This document shows, in pieces, positions 31,294 through 41,171 of a stretch of 64,000 nt of DNA. The stretch spans positions 23,989-87,988 of the forward strand of contig JALSQW010000018.1 of assembly GCA_026985095.1 (NCBI GenBank), written 5' to 3'. Every line of letters starts with the position of its first letter. Positions within the stretch are counted from its first letter, which is position 1. The position numbers and the translations under genes are program-made. Under the pieces are notes generated by a model, which saw nothing but the letters and a program-made list of their open reading frames with translations, was not told the DNA's origin and ran no database searches. The DNA is from Acidimicrobiia bacterium. Its GTDB lineage: Bacteria; Actinomycetota; Acidimicrobiia; Spongiisociales; UBA5794.

Positions 31294-33153
31294 ATGGGCA
31301 TCGACGTGTCCGCGACGAGGGAACGACAGCGACGGGCGCGGTTGGGTCGGCTGGTCGTCATCCTGACCCCGGTCGCGGCGTGGCTCTGGTACCGCATCGC
31401 CATCGGCGATCCCGTCTCTCCCGGATGGCCGACGCTGCCTGCCGACGCGGTGTTCTGGCTCCCAGGGATCCTGCTCATCGCCATGCTCGGCTTGGTCCTC
31501 GTGCTCCCGATGGTGGGCAACGGGCGATCGCCGCACACGATCTTCCTGCCCGAGCAGCTCGAGTTCGGGTTCGAAGGCGTCAAGGGCATGGCCAACACCA
31601 CCGCCGAGGTGCGCAGGACGTTGGAGGTGTTCTTGAACCACGAGAGGTTCCGCACCGAACTGGGCGGAACCCCGAGACGGGGCGTGCTGTTCGAAGGACC
31701 GCCGGGGACGGGCAAGACGCACATGGCCAAGGCGATGGCCAAGGAAGCAGGCGTGCCGTTCCTGTACGTATCGTCGACGGCGTTCCAATCGATGTGGTAC
31801 GGAGCGACGGCACGGAAGATCCGCACCTACTTCCGGGATCTGCGCAAGGTGGCGAGACGGGAAGGCGGAGCGATCGGCTTCATCGAGGAGATCGATGCGA
31901 TCGGCACTCGCAGGGGCGGGTTGGGGTTCTCGGCCATGCCGAGCACCTCGATCTTCGGGGCTCTCCGGATCGAGCCGTCGGCCATCGCCCAGGGAACCGG
32001 CGGGGTCGTCAACGAGCTCCTCATCCAGATGCAGAGCTTCGACCAGCCGAGCCGGGTCGACCGGATGCGCAACGCCGTCATCCGCTACGTGAACCGCTAC
32101 CTGCCCGAGCATCGAACGATGAAGACCCGCCCGGCGGCCTTCGCCAACGTGCTGCTGATCGGCGCCACGAACCGTGCGGACTCCCTCGACCCGGCTCTGC
32201 TCAGGCCCGGTCGGTTCGACCGGATCCTCACGTTCGACCTCCCCTCGCGGGCGGATCGCCGCGAACTCATCGACCTGTTCCTCCAGCGACGGGCTCACGC
32301 GCCGGGGCTGGATGAGGACCCGGCCAGGGACGCGCTCGCGGCGACGACGATGGGATACACACCGGCGGCACTGGAACGGCTCTTCGATGAGGCTCTGCTG
32401 GTGGCGATGCGCGACGGACGTCACCGACTGGAAGCCGCCGATGTCCGTCAGGCCCAGATGGAAGTCGAGATCGGGTTGCCGTCCCCGGTGGAGTACACCG
32501 AGGAGGATCGCCGCCGGATCGCCACCCACGAGGCGGGGCACACGACGGTCGCCTACCTGTCGGGAACCCGGAGGCTCGAGGTCCTGTCGATCATCAAGCG
32601 CAAGGAGTCCTTGGGACTGCTGGCACATCGAGACGAAGAGGAGCGCTTCACCAGGACCGAGTCGGAGATGAAGGCCCTGCTCCAGATCGCCATGGGGGGG
32701 ATGGTGGCCGAGGAGGTGTTCTTCGGCGAAGCGGGCACCGGGCCGGCGGGCGATCTGGCTGCGGCGACACGCCTGGCCGCCGATATGGTCGGGTCGTTCG
32801 GACTGGGAGGAACGTTGATCTCGTTCCGGGCGCTCGATCCGGGGATCGCGGGCGGCAACCTCGTGGCCCGGGTGCTGGCCGATCCGACGGCCCGCAAGGT
32901 CGTCGACCGACTCCTCAAGGACGCCAAACACGAAGCGACGAGGCTCCTGGCCGACCACCGGCACCTGGTCGAGGCCCTCCGCGACGCGCTGCTCGATCGA
33001 GAGGAGCTGATGGAGCGTGACATCCTGGAGGTCCTGCGGGAAGCCGAGGCACGCCGGATCGCCAAGCAGGACAACGTGCTCGTCGATCTGCGGGAACGCC
33101 CGTCACCGTCACCGGACGACCGGATCCAGATCCTGCCGCTCGACGCTCCCTGA
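31294..33153 (+). CDS. FtsH-family membrane AAA+ zinc metalloprotease (paralogue-like)
   Basis: Two N-terminal TM helices, AAA module (LFEGPPGTGKTHMAKAMA...LLIGATNRADSLDPALLRPGRFDR) and M41 peptidase HEAGH. Start at MGIDVS with an AGGGGG RBS. Confidence 0.8.
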   Translation: MGIDVSATRERQRRARLGRLVVILTPVAAWLWYRIAIGDPVSPGWPTLPADAVFWLPGILLIAMLGLVLVLPMVGNGRSPHTIFLPEQLEFGFEGVKGMANTTAEVRRTLEVFLNHERFRTELGGTPRRGVLFEGPPGTGKTHMAKAMAKEAGVPFLYVSSTAFQSMWYGATARKIRTYFRDLRKVARREGGAIGFIEEIDAIGTRRGGLGFSAMPSTSIFGALRIEPSAIAQGTGGVVNELLIQMQSFDQPSRVDRMRNAVIRYVNRYLPEHRTMKTRPAAFANVLLIGATNRADSLDPALLRPGRFDRILTFDLPSRADRRELIDLFLQRRAHAPGLDEDPARDALAATTMGYTPAALERLFDEALLVAMRDGRHRLEAADVRQAQMEVEIGLPSPVEYTEEDRRRIATHEAGHTTVAYLSGTRRLEVLSIIKRKESLGLLAHRDEEERFTRTESEMKALLQIAMGGMVAEEVFFGEAGTGPAGDLAAATRLAADMVGSFGLGGTLISFRALDPGIAGGNLVARVLADPTARKVVDRLLKDAKHEATRLLADHRHLVEALRDALLDREELMERDILEVLREAEARRIAKQDNVLVDLRERPSPSPDDRIQILPLDAP

Positions 33154-33235
33154 CGGACCCGTCGAGCGACGGACCCGTCGAGCGCCCGTCGAGCACCCGC
33201 GATCACGTCTCCGAGGTCGCTCCTCGACCACGATC

Positions 33236-33333
33236 CCCCAACCCAGGGTTCGCCACACCCCTCCAGGGGGCTCACCAACCCAGGGTTCCCAATACCCCTC
33301 CAGGGGGTTCACCAACCCAGGGTTCGTCACGAT
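33236..33333. repeat. tandem array of about 2.7 copies of the 37-bp unit (AACCCAGGGTTCgccacaCCCCTCCAGGGGGctcacc), locus C
   Basis: AACCCAGGGTT starts at 33240, 33277 and 33314, a period of 37. The array lies between the convergent FtsH-like gene (stop 33153) and ahcY (stop 33338). Confidence 0.85.
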
Positions 33334-33337
33334 GGGG

Positions 33338-34585
33338 TCAGGTGCCGAGTTCCCAGGACGACAGGTAGCGGCGCTGCTCGTCGGTGAGGGACTCGAGGCC
33401 GCCACCCATCGACGCCAGCTTGATCCGAGCGACCTCCTCGTCGAGCTCCCGCGGCAAGACGTACACGTCGGGATCGAGATCGGCGCCGTGGTCCACCAGC
33501 CATTCGGCAGCCAATGCCTGATCGGCGAACGACATGTCCATCACGTCGGCGGGATGACCCTCCGCCGCCCCCAGGTTCACCAGCCGACCTTCGGCCACCA
33601 CCAGGATGCGGCGTCCATCCGGCAGCGTGTACTCGTCGAGGTTCTCGCGCAGACGACGCTTCGCGTCGGCCATGGCATCGAGCGCCACGAGATCCAGCTC
33701 GACGTCGAAGTGTCCGGCGTTGGCCAGGATCGCCCCATCCTTCATCACCGCGAAGTGCTCGGCCCTGAAGACGTGGATGTCGCCGGTGGCGGTGATGAAC
33801 ACGTCACCGACCTCGGCCGCGTCCATCGACGTCATCACCCGGTACCCCTCCATCGCCGCCGACACGGCACGGATGGGGTCCACCTCGACCACCACGACGT
33901 GGGCACCCAAACCCGAGGCCCGGCGAGCGATCCCCCAGCCGCAGTCGCCGAATCCCCCGACGACGACGGTCCTGCCGGCGAACAGGATGTTCGTGGCCCG
34001 CAAGATGCCGTCCAGGGACGATTGGCCCGTCCCGTGCCGGTTGTCGAACAGGTGCTTGGTCGGAGAGTCGTTGACCGCCACCACCGGGAACCGCAACACG
34101 CCCTGGGCCGCCATCGCCCGGAGCCGGATCACCCCCGTGGTCGTCTCCTCCATCCCCCCGAGGATCGGCAGCTCCGAGCGCTCCTTGTGCAGGACCGTCG
34201 TCGTGTCCGCGCCATCGTCGAAGACCAGATCGGGACCGGTGTCCAAGATCGCATGGATATGCCGGTAGAACGTGTCGGCATCCTCGCCGCGGCGGGCGAA
34301 CACCGGGATGCCCATCTCCACCAGCGCAGCCGCCACGTCGTCCTGGGTCGACAACGGGTTCGAAGCTGCCAGCGCCACCGAGGCTCCTCCGGCCACCAAC
34401 GTCCGCATCAGGTTCGCCGTCTCCGACGTCACGTGCATGCACGCCGCGATCTGCTTGCCGTCCAACGGCCGCTGCGCGGCGAACCGCTGCCGGATCGTCG
34501 CCAGCACCGGCATGCGCCGTTCGGCCCATTCGATCCGGCGCTCACCTTCGGCGGCGAGGGCCGGATCGGCGATGTCGTGGTTCAT
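33338..34585 (-). CDS. ahcY: adenosylhomocysteinase
   Basis: SAHH motifs throughout (CMHVTSETANL, NAD-binding GFGDCGWG). Start at MNHDIADP overlaps the stop of the upstream gene (ATGA). Confidence 0.95.
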   Translation of the reverse strand: MNHDIADPALAAEGERRIEWAERRMPVLATIRQRFAAQRPLDGKQIAACMHVTSETANLMRTLVAGGASVALAASNPLSTQDDVAAALVEMGIPVFARRGEDADTFYRHIHAILDTGPDLVFDDGADTTTVLHKERSELPILGGMEETTTGVIRLRAMAAQGVLRFPVVAVNDSPTKHLFDNRHGTGQSSLDGILRATNILFAGRTVVVGGFGDCGWGIARRASGLGAHVVVVEVDPIRAVSAAMEGYRVMTSMDAAEVGDVFITATGDIHVFRAEHFAVMKDGAILANAGHFDVELDLVALDAMADAKRRLRENLDEYTLPDGRRILVVAEGRLVNLGAAEGHPADVMDMSFADQALAAEWLVDHGADLDPDVYVLPRELDEEVARIKLASMGGGLESLTDEQRRYLSSWELGT

Positions 34586-35586
34586 GTCGGCTCCTTCCCG
34601 AGCTGCGTCTTGAAACCCTCCAGTTCGACGACCGGCGTCGGGTCGACCCCGTCGCGTCGAGCCATCTCCACCGACATGACGTCGCCCACCACGCACAGCG
34701 AGAAGAACCTCGCCACCGCCGAGGTGCCCTCCGAGATCACGGTACCGAGGCGCTCGGCCTGGTCACGCAACACGACCTCCATCAGGTCGAGCCGGCGAGC
34801 GATCCGAGCATGGTCGTACCGGTCCCGCAGGTAGATCACGCCGGTGCAGTCCCGCAGCGCCCCCGCTTCGGCCCAGCCCTGCAGTTCGTTGTGGTTCATC
34901 TCGGGGACCTCTCCCCACCATGCTGGGCGCTTCGCGTTCTCGTTGATCTGGGTCTTGAACCGATAGGCGGCCAGCGCCGCCACCGGATGGCCCCCGTAGA
35001 CGATCGGGATACGACCCTGCGTCGCCGCGGCCAGATCCCGACCCAAAGCCGCCCCCGGCCCGTCCCCGGCCCCGAGCAGGTCGGTGACGACGTCGGCCGC
35101 CTCCTCCAGCACCGCCGTGGGTTGCTCGATATAGCCGTCCCCTGCCAGCGCGGCGACGGTCGCCGCCGCCTGGTAGCCCAACGCGGCCCGAGGCTGCAAG
35201 CCACCGGGAACCTCGACATGCGGGAACGCCTCGTTGGCGGCGATGGTCGCCAGGGTCCCACCCGAGGTCACCGCCACCACCGGGAGACGCAGCTCCAGTG
35301 CCTCCTCGACACCCGACAGCGTCTCTTCGGTGTTGCCCGAGTACGACACAGCCACGATCAGCGCCCCTGCCGGCCCGGCCCACGCCGGCAGCCCGTAGCT
35401 CCGGTGGGTCGTCACCACCGAACCGGATCCCTCGGCTTCCAGGGCAGCGACGGCCGCAGCCATCCCCGACCCGCCCATGCCGAGCAGAACCACCGGACGA
35501 CCCGTCGGCGGCGCCGGGGCCGCCAGGCCGGCACCCCATCGAAGCTGCTGGGGGATCTCTAGGATTCGCTCGAACATCGTCGTCAT
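34582..35586 (-). CDS. bifunctional phosphoglucose/phosphomannose isomerase (SIS domain; manA-like)
   Basis: SIS motif (VVLLGMGGSGMAA...AVSYSGNTEET) and a C-terminal PGI/PMI region. Start at MTTMFERI overlaps the Trm112 stop. Confidence 0.8.
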   Translation of the reverse strand: MTTMFERILEIPQQLRWGAGLAAPAPPTGRPVVLLGMGGSGMAAAVAALEAEGSGSVVTTHRSYGLPAWAGPAGALIVAVSYSGNTEETLSGVEEALELRLPVVAVTSGGTLATIAANEAFPHVEVPGGLQPRAALGYQAAATVAALAGDGYIEQPTAVLEEAADVVTDLLGAGDGPGAALGRDLAAATQGRIPIVYGGHPVAALAAYRFKTQINENAKRPAWWGEVPEMNHNELQGWAEAGALRDCTGVIYLRDRYDHARIARRLDLMEVVLRDQAERLGTVISEGTSAVARFFSLCVVGDVMSVEMARRDGVDPTPVVELEGFKTQLGKEPT

Positions 35587-35780
35587 CGTGGGTCCTTCCC
35601 GTCCGGGGGCAGCGCCTCGTCGACGAGCATGTTCGGGATGCCGTCCTCCACCTGGTACCGCAACCCGCATGCGACGCAGACCAACATCGGTGGCTCCCGC
35701 CGCTCCTCCAACCTGCCGCCACAGGCGGGACACTGCATGATGGCGAGCAACTCGGCGGGAACGACGGGATCGGACGTCAT
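35583..35780 (-). CDS. Trm112-family zinc-ribbon protein
   Basis: 65 aa: LLAIMQCPACGGRL...LVCVACGLRYQVEDGIPNMLVDEA. Confidence 0.75.
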   Translation of the reverse strand: MTSDPVVPAELLAIMQCPACGGRLEERREPPMLVCVACGLRYQVEDGIPNMLVDEALPPDGKDPR

Positions 35781-37120
35781 GGCTTCTCCTGGATGATCTG
35801 CTCGACGGCTGCCACCAGCCCTCGCATCTGCGCCTCGTCGGGCGCCTCCACGTTGAGCCGCAACACCGGCTCGGTGTTCGACGGACGCAGGTTGAACCAG
35901 CGGTTGCCCCCCAGATCGATCGTCAACCCGTCGAGGTGATCGACCATCTCGGCGTCGGAGAAGGCCTCCTCCACCGCCCGCATCACGGCGTCCTTGTCGG
36001 CAACGGTGAAGTTGATCTCGCCCGACGCGGCGTACGGTTCGTACGCCGTTCGCAGCTCCGACAGCGGCCTCCCCCGTTCGGAGAGGATCTGGAGGAGCAC
36101 CAGCATCGTCAGGATCCCCGAGTCTGCCCGGTAGTTGTCTCGGTAGTAGTAGTGACCCGAGTGCTCGCCGCCGAAGATCGCCCCGGTGTCCTTCATCACC
36201 TGCTTGATGTAGGAATGGCCGACCCGGGTCCGTACCGGCACCCCGCCGGCCCGCACGATCGTCTCGGGGACGGCCTTGGAACAGATCAGGTTGTGGACGA
36301 CGGTGGATCCCGGTTCACGCTCGAGGAACCACTCGGCGATGATCGCCGTCGTCGTCGACCCCGACAAGGGTCGCCGCCGATCGTCGACGAAGAACGCCCG
36401 ATCCGCGTCACCGTCGAACGCCACCCCGATGTCGGGGCGGACGTCCTCCATCAGCGCCTCGAGGTCCTTCAGGTTCTCCGGGTTCAGAGGATCGGCCGGA
36501 TGGTTCGGGAACGTCCCGTCCGGCTCCAGGTACAGGCCGTGGAGCGTGGCGGCGATCCTGTCGAACACCTCGGGAAGCACCACGCCGGCCATGCCGTTGC
36601 CGCCGTCGGCGGCCACTCGAAGCCCACCGATGGCGTCGGCGTCGACGATCGTGAACAGGTGATCGACGTAGTCGGTCGAGATGTCACGGCGCCTCACCGC
36701 ACCTCGTTCGGTGGCATCGGTCGGCGGGACCTCGGCGATCCGCCGGATGTCCTCCAGTCCCGTTTCGACGCCGACCGGGGCAGCCCCGGCCAAACAGAAC
36801 TTCATGCCGTTGTATCGAGGCGGGTTGTGTGACGCGGTGATGACCACCCCAGGCAGGTCCTCGGCACCCGACGCGAAGTAGAGCATGTCGGTGGTGATCT
36901 CTCCGATGTCGATGACGTCGACGCCCCGCGACGTGATGCCGTCGATCAACGCCGCCGCCAGGTCCGGGGACGACAGCCGACAGTCGTGGCCGACGACGAT
37001 CGTCCGAGACGCCGCGAACTCGGCGAACCCGACGCCGATCCGACGAGCTACCTCGGTGTCGAGCTGGTCGGGGACGACGCCGCGCACGTCGTAGGCCTTG
37101 AAGATGGTGGAGAGATCCAT
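35777..37120 (-). CDS. manB: phosphomannomutase/phosphoglucomutase
   Basis: Active-site TASHNPPRYNGMKF plus a metal-binding loop and sugar-binding motifs. Confidence 0.93.
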   Translation of the reverse strand: MDLSTIFKAYDVRGVVPDQLDTEVARRIGVGFAEFAASRTIVVGHDCRLSSPDLAAALIDGITSRGVDVIDIGEITTDMLYFASGAEDLPGVVITASHNPPRYNGMKFCLAGAAPVGVETGLEDIRRIAEVPPTDATERGAVRRRDISTDYVDHLFTIVDADAIGGLRVAADGGNGMAGVVLPEVFDRIAATLHGLYLEPDGTFPNHPADPLNPENLKDLEALMEDVRPDIGVAFDGDADRAFFVDDRRRPLSGSTTTAIIAEWFLEREPGSTVVHNLICSKAVPETIVRAGGVPVRTRVGHSYIKQVMKDTGAIFGGEHSGHYYYRDNYRADSGILTMLVLLQILSERGRPLSELRTAYEPYAASGEINFTVADKDAVMRAVEEAFSDAEMVDHLDGLTIDLGGNRWFNLRPSNTEPVLRLNVEAPDEAQMRGLVAAVEQIIQEKP

Positions 37121-37181
37121 GGCGCGAGTCTACGGCTCGACGCGAACCGAGCGGATCGACCTCCCGTACACTCCGTCGGAC

Positions 37182-37895
37182 ATGCCCGTACCCTCCGATC
37201 CCCACATCTCGGTCGTCATCCCCGTCCACAACGAGGAGGCGTACGTCACCGACGCCATCGACGAGCTGATGAAGGACCTGGCGTCGGTCCCCTCGGAGGT
37301 CACCGTGACCCTCGTCGAGAACGGATCCACCGACCGCACCGCCGAGCTCGTCGAAGCCTCGATGGCCACCCATCCCCACGTCCGGCTGCTGCGGTCACCC
37401 GAACCCGACTACGGGGCCGCGATGCGGCTCGGGTTCCTCGCCGCCGACGGTGACTGGGTCGTCAACTTCGACATCGACTACTTCTCCGCCGACTTCCTGC
37501 GCGACGTTCTCGACCACGACGAGGCCGACCTCGTCCTGGCGTCCAAGCGCGCCGAAGGTGCCGACGATCGACGAGGCATGGTCCGCAGGCTGGCGACCTG
37601 GACGTTCAACAAGATCCTCCGCTTCGTCCTCCACTCGACGGTGAGCGACACCCACGGGATGAAGGCCGTCCGCCGTGAGGTCGTTCAAGCGCTCACGCCC
37701 TTGGTCCGCTCCACCCAGGACCTCTTCGACACCGAGCTGGTGATCCGCGCCGAACGCGCCGGCTACCGGATCGTCGAGGTCCCCGCCCTCGTCGAGGAAC
37801 GCCGTCCGGCCAAGTCGAGCCTCCTCAAGCGGGTCCCCCGTACCCTCCGCGGCGTCTGGCGCCTTCGACGCATCCTCGCCGAAGAAACGAGCTGA
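37182..37895 (+). CDS. glycosyltransferase family 2 (polyprenyl-phosphate sugar synthase-like)
   Basis: ISVVIPVHNEE and the DxD region (NFDIDYF). About 237 aa with no TM domains. Start uncertain: an alternative ATG at 37119 would abut the manB start. Confidence 0.8.
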   Translation: MPVPSDPHISVVIPVHNEEAYVTDAIDELMKDLASVPSEVTVTLVENGSTDRTAELVEASMATHPHVRLLRSPEPDYGAAMRLGFLAADGDWVVNFDIDYFSADFLRDVLDHDEADLVLASKRAEGADDRRGMVRRLATWTFNKILRFVLHSTVSDTHGMKAVRREVVQALTPLVRSTQDLFDTELVIRAERAGYRIVEVPALVEERRPAKSSLLKRVPRTLRGVWRLRRILAEETS

Positions 37896-37906
37896 ACGCG
37901 GCAGCG

Positions 37907-38371
37907 TCAGAGCTGCGACTCGGACGGGACCACCTTGGCGGCCTCGATGGCATCGCCGAAGACGATGTCGCGGTACGACGCGAACTTGGGCAGCAGGATC
38001 ACGACCGACGTCGCCAGGTAGACCCCGTTGGCCGTCAACGTCGACAACGGCCCGAAGAACGTCTCCGCCGTCCACATGGTGCCCGCGGTGACCGCCCAGG
38101 CGGCCAGGTTGATCAGGTAGAAGTGCGCCGTCTCGCGCCCGGAGACCTTCCCATCGGTCAGCTCGAACGTCCATGCCCGGTTCACCAGGTACGACAGGAA
38201 CGTCGTGATGGCGAACGCGATCGACACCGCCACGACCGAGAACATCCCCATCCACAGGAACAGGTTGAACAGGGCGAACGACACCACGGTGTTGCCGACA
38301 CCGACGATGCCGACCTTGACGAACTGGGCGAGCGCCCGACGGTTCATGAAGGTCGCCAGGTAGTCCTTCAC
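37907..38371 (-). CDS. GtrA-family membrane protein (putative polyprenyl-P-sugar flippase)
   Basis: Four TM helices about 150 aa long. FVKVGIVGVGNTVVSFALFNLFL is the typical GtrA start. GTG start overlaps the upstream stop (GTGA). Confidence 0.7.
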   Translation of the reverse strand: MKDYLATFMNRRALAQFVKVGIVGVGNTVVSFALFNLFLWMGMFSVVAVSIAFAITTFLSYLVNRAWTFELTDGKVSGRETAHFYLINLAAWAVTAGTMWTAETFFGPLSTLTANGVYLATSVVILLPKFASYRDIVFGDAIEAAKVVPSESQL

Positions 38372-40557
38372 GAGGTCGCTCCCACCGTACGTCGGCGATA
38401 GCCGTAGACCCCGAGCCCGATCAGGGCGATGATCGTCGTCGCCATACCCAGTTTCTCGGCACCCTTGTCCACGAACTCGAGGGTTACCTGCTCCTGGGTG
38501 GGGACGACGACCATCAGCGATGGGGCGGCCCGGTACGGCCCTTCGGCGCCTGTCGCCTCCCAGTTCGGGAAGTACGACACCTTCACCAGGTGCGGGACCC
38601 CGACCGCGGTGGTCGTGAACGACACCGAGCCGTCGCCGACGACCACGTCCGACACCACCGGCTTCGGTCCCACGTACGGCACCGTCGAGTCGAGGCGATC
38701 CTCCACCGCCGAGACGCGATCCCACGACGCCGGGCCGTCGGCGACCATCCAGCGGTCGAGGTTGTCGACGTCGTCGTACCACCGCAGCGATGCGTCGACG
38801 AAGTCCTCTTCCCCGGCCCACACCACCGGGCGGACCGTCGCCACGTCCACCGCCGAGGATTCGGGCAAAGCGAAGATGGTCCACGGCGGCGAGACCGCCA
38901 GCTCCTCGAGCCCTGCGGCTCGGGCCTCCTCGGCCCCCCGTTCGGTGTACGCCACGTAGTAGGCGACGTCGTAGAGGGCCAGGTGCTTCAGGCCCCGGTC
39001 GAAGTTCAGACCCCGGTACTGCAGACCTCGCACCGGGTTCGAGGGACGTTCGGACACCTCCGAGGCGTTGAGGAAGTGGAACGGGGTCGTCAACGACGAC
39101 TCGAAGAACAGCCCCTCCATCGAGGGATGGCCCTTCGACCAGTACGGCAACAACATCAACGCCATCGGCGTCCCGTACGTGTTCATGTCGTTGTTCGCTT
39201 CCCACATGACGCGACCAGGCGGCAACGCATCGATGGTCTCCATCAGCGCCGCGTACTCCGGGTACACGGCCTTGCCCTCATAGCCTTCGTAGTTCCATTT
39301 CACCCAGCCGGGCACGTCATGGATCGACACCGCCGTGCCGGCCAGGAACACGAGCGCCGCCAGCGGCGCACCGACCGACACCACGAAGCGCCGGTCGTTC
39401 CATCGCCTCGCCACTTCGGTGACGGCCAGGCCGGCGGCGATCCCGGCGAACACGTACATCCCGAAGTACCAGTAGGGCAGCAACCTGGCGTTGTAGAGCT
39501 TCGTCGAATCGAACACGGCCAACAGCGCGTAGCCGGCCAGCGGCACCACCGTCATCGTGGCCAGGACGACCACGTCGTCGCGGCGAGCCAGCGTCCACAC
39601 GAGCCCCAACAACCCGAGAACGAAGATGGGCACGAACTCTCCCGGCAACGGCGAACCGGGGATCGCGTCGCCGATGATGTTGGTCACCGGCTCCCATCCC
39701 ATGTCGGTCGTCATCGAGAGCCGGGACAGCAGCGGGAGCGCCCAGAACGCGGCCAACGAGAACCCGAGGATCCACGACGTGAGCACGGTGCGCGGACCAT
39801 GACGTCTCCCCATCAGCGGCACCGACGCCACGACGGCCACCATGGTCGTGACGATGTGGCTCAACGCGGTCAGCGCCAACACCACTCCCGGCCAGGCGTC
39901 GAACCGCCTCCCGGCTCGGGTGGCACGCGCCACCAGACCCAGATAGACCAGCGACAGAGCGAACGACCACGAGAACGAGTACTCCCCCGCCAGTGTCGAT
40001 TTGATGTTGGCCCCGAAGATCGAGAAGCTCTCCATGAACACGAACATCCCGCCGGCGACCGCCGCCACCGCCGCCACGACCCTGACGAAACCCAACGATC
40101 GGACCAGGAAGTAGGTGGCCAGGGGAAGGGCCACCAGTCCGGCGATCGTCACCAACTTGAACGCCACGCCGTAGGGCAAGGCGACGTCGAGCAGCACGAT
40201 CGCGAGCGCCGGAAGCGGGAAGTAGAAGTAGAAGACCGGGAACCCGGCGTACCAGTCGTTGCTCCACCCCAAGATGCGGCCTTGGGGGAGCAACTCCTCG
40301 CCGAGGATCTTCGGCACCAACACGTGGGCACCCATGTCACCGCCGGTCGGGGTGTTGGCGACGAACAGGTCGGGGAACCGCCACAGGGACCCGGCACCGT
40401 TGACGAATCCTCCGAACGCCCCCGACATGACGAGGAAGATCATGAGGGTCGGCGCCGCCACGATCGCCGCCACCAGCCCTGGATGGACCCTCGATCGGCG
40501 TGGCCGAGGGACCTCCGGTGTCGTGTCGGTCTCGGGTGGCGCGGCGGTGGCGGTCAC
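38368..40557 (-). CDS. large integral membrane protein, probable GT-C-fold glycosyltransferase
   Basis: 729 aa. More than 10 N-terminal TM helices, a large extracytoplasmic domain, and a C-terminal TM. Coupled to GtrA and near a GT2. Confidence 0.6.
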   Translation of the reverse strand: MTATAAPPETDTTPEVPRPRRSRVHPGLVAAIVAAPTLMIFLVMSGAFGGFVNGAGSLWRFPDLFVANTPTGGDMGAHVLVPKILGEELLPQGRILGWSNDWYAGFPVFYFYFPLPALAIVLLDVALPYGVAFKLVTIAGLVALPLATYFLVRSLGFVRVVAAVAAVAGGMFVFMESFSIFGANIKSTLAGEYSFSWSFALSLVYLGLVARATRAGRRFDAWPGVVLALTALSHIVTTMVAVVASVPLMGRRHGPRTVLTSWILGFSLAAFWALPLLSRLSMTTDMGWEPVTNIIGDAIPGSPLPGEFVPIFVLGLLGLVWTLARRDDVVVLATMTVVPLAGYALLAVFDSTKLYNARLLPYWYFGMYVFAGIAAGLAVTEVARRWNDRRFVVSVGAPLAALVFLAGTAVSIHDVPGWVKWNYEGYEGKAVYPEYAALMETIDALPPGRVMWEANNDMNTYGTPMALMLLPYWSKGHPSMEGLFFESSLTTPFHFLNASEVSERPSNPVRGLQYRGLNFDRGLKHLALYDVAYYVAYTERGAEEARAAGLEELAVSPPWTIFALPESSAVDVATVRPVVWAGEEDFVDASLRWYDDVDNLDRWMVADGPASWDRVSAVEDRLDSTVPYVGPKPVVSDVVVGDGSVSFTTTAVGVPHLVKVSYFPNWEATGAEGPYRAAPSLMVVVPTQEQVTLEFVDKGAEKLGMATTIIALIGLGVYGYRRRTVGATS

Positions 40558-40602
40558 CGGAGAGAGGCTAGCTCCCGACCGCTCCTAGGGGTCGAAGGGA
40601 CC

Positions 40603-40806
40603 TCAGGATGACTTGGGGTTCGCCAGGTCGAGGACGGCGCCCAGCTCCAGGTTCTCGCCGTCGCGGTTCCACCATCGCGACTCGCAGCGATGGCACGAGC
40701 AGAACTCGACCTCGGTGCCGTCGGGGAGCTTCAGTTCGATCATGATGACCGTCTCTTGGCCGCACGTCGTGCAGCGCAGGCCGCCGGTCGGGGGTTTCCT
40801 CGTCAT
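40603..40806 (-). CDS. small zinc-ribbon protein (67 aa)
   Basis: Four Cys arranged CxxC...CxxC (CTTCGQ...CSCHRC). GGGAGG RBS 5 nt upstream of the ATG. Confidence 0.55.
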   Translation of the reverse strand: MTRKPPTGGLRCTTCGQETVIMIELKLPDGTEVEFCSCHRCESRWWNRDGENLELGAVLDLANPKSS

Positions 40807-40859
40807 TCGACCTCCCATCGTACCCGCCCCTCCATCCTTCCGCCACCAGCAGTGGCCGT

Positions 40860-41165
40860 TCACGCGCGTTCTGCACCAGCCTGGCGGTCCGCCTCCTCGG
40901 GGATGTCCTCCATCTTCCCCAGGTACCGTGAACGGCGCCGGCCGTCCTCGGTCCAGTACGCGTACCAGTACGGACCATGCGGACAGCGGGTGCACGATGC
41001 CTTCCCGCAGCGCACCCACTGCTTCCGGACCCGGACCTCCGGTCCCGCGTCGGGGAAGGTGATCCCCGACCGCTCGAGACGGGCCTTGGCGAGCATCATC
41101 ACCCGACGCAGCTCGGGTTCTCCCATCTCCCGGAGCGCCTCCATCACCTCCCGGTCGATCGGCAT
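40860..41165 (-). CDS. hypothetical protein (101 aa) with Cys/His cluster
   Basis: RKQWVRCGKASCTRCPHGPYWYAYW. Codon usage is GC3-rich. Confidence 0.45.
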   Translation of the reverse strand: MPIDREVMEALREMGEPELRRVMMLAKARLERSGITFPDAGPEVRVRKQWVRCGKASCTRCPHGPYWYAYWTEDGRRRSRYLGKMEDIPEEADRQAGAERA

Positions 41166-41171
41166 GCTCGC

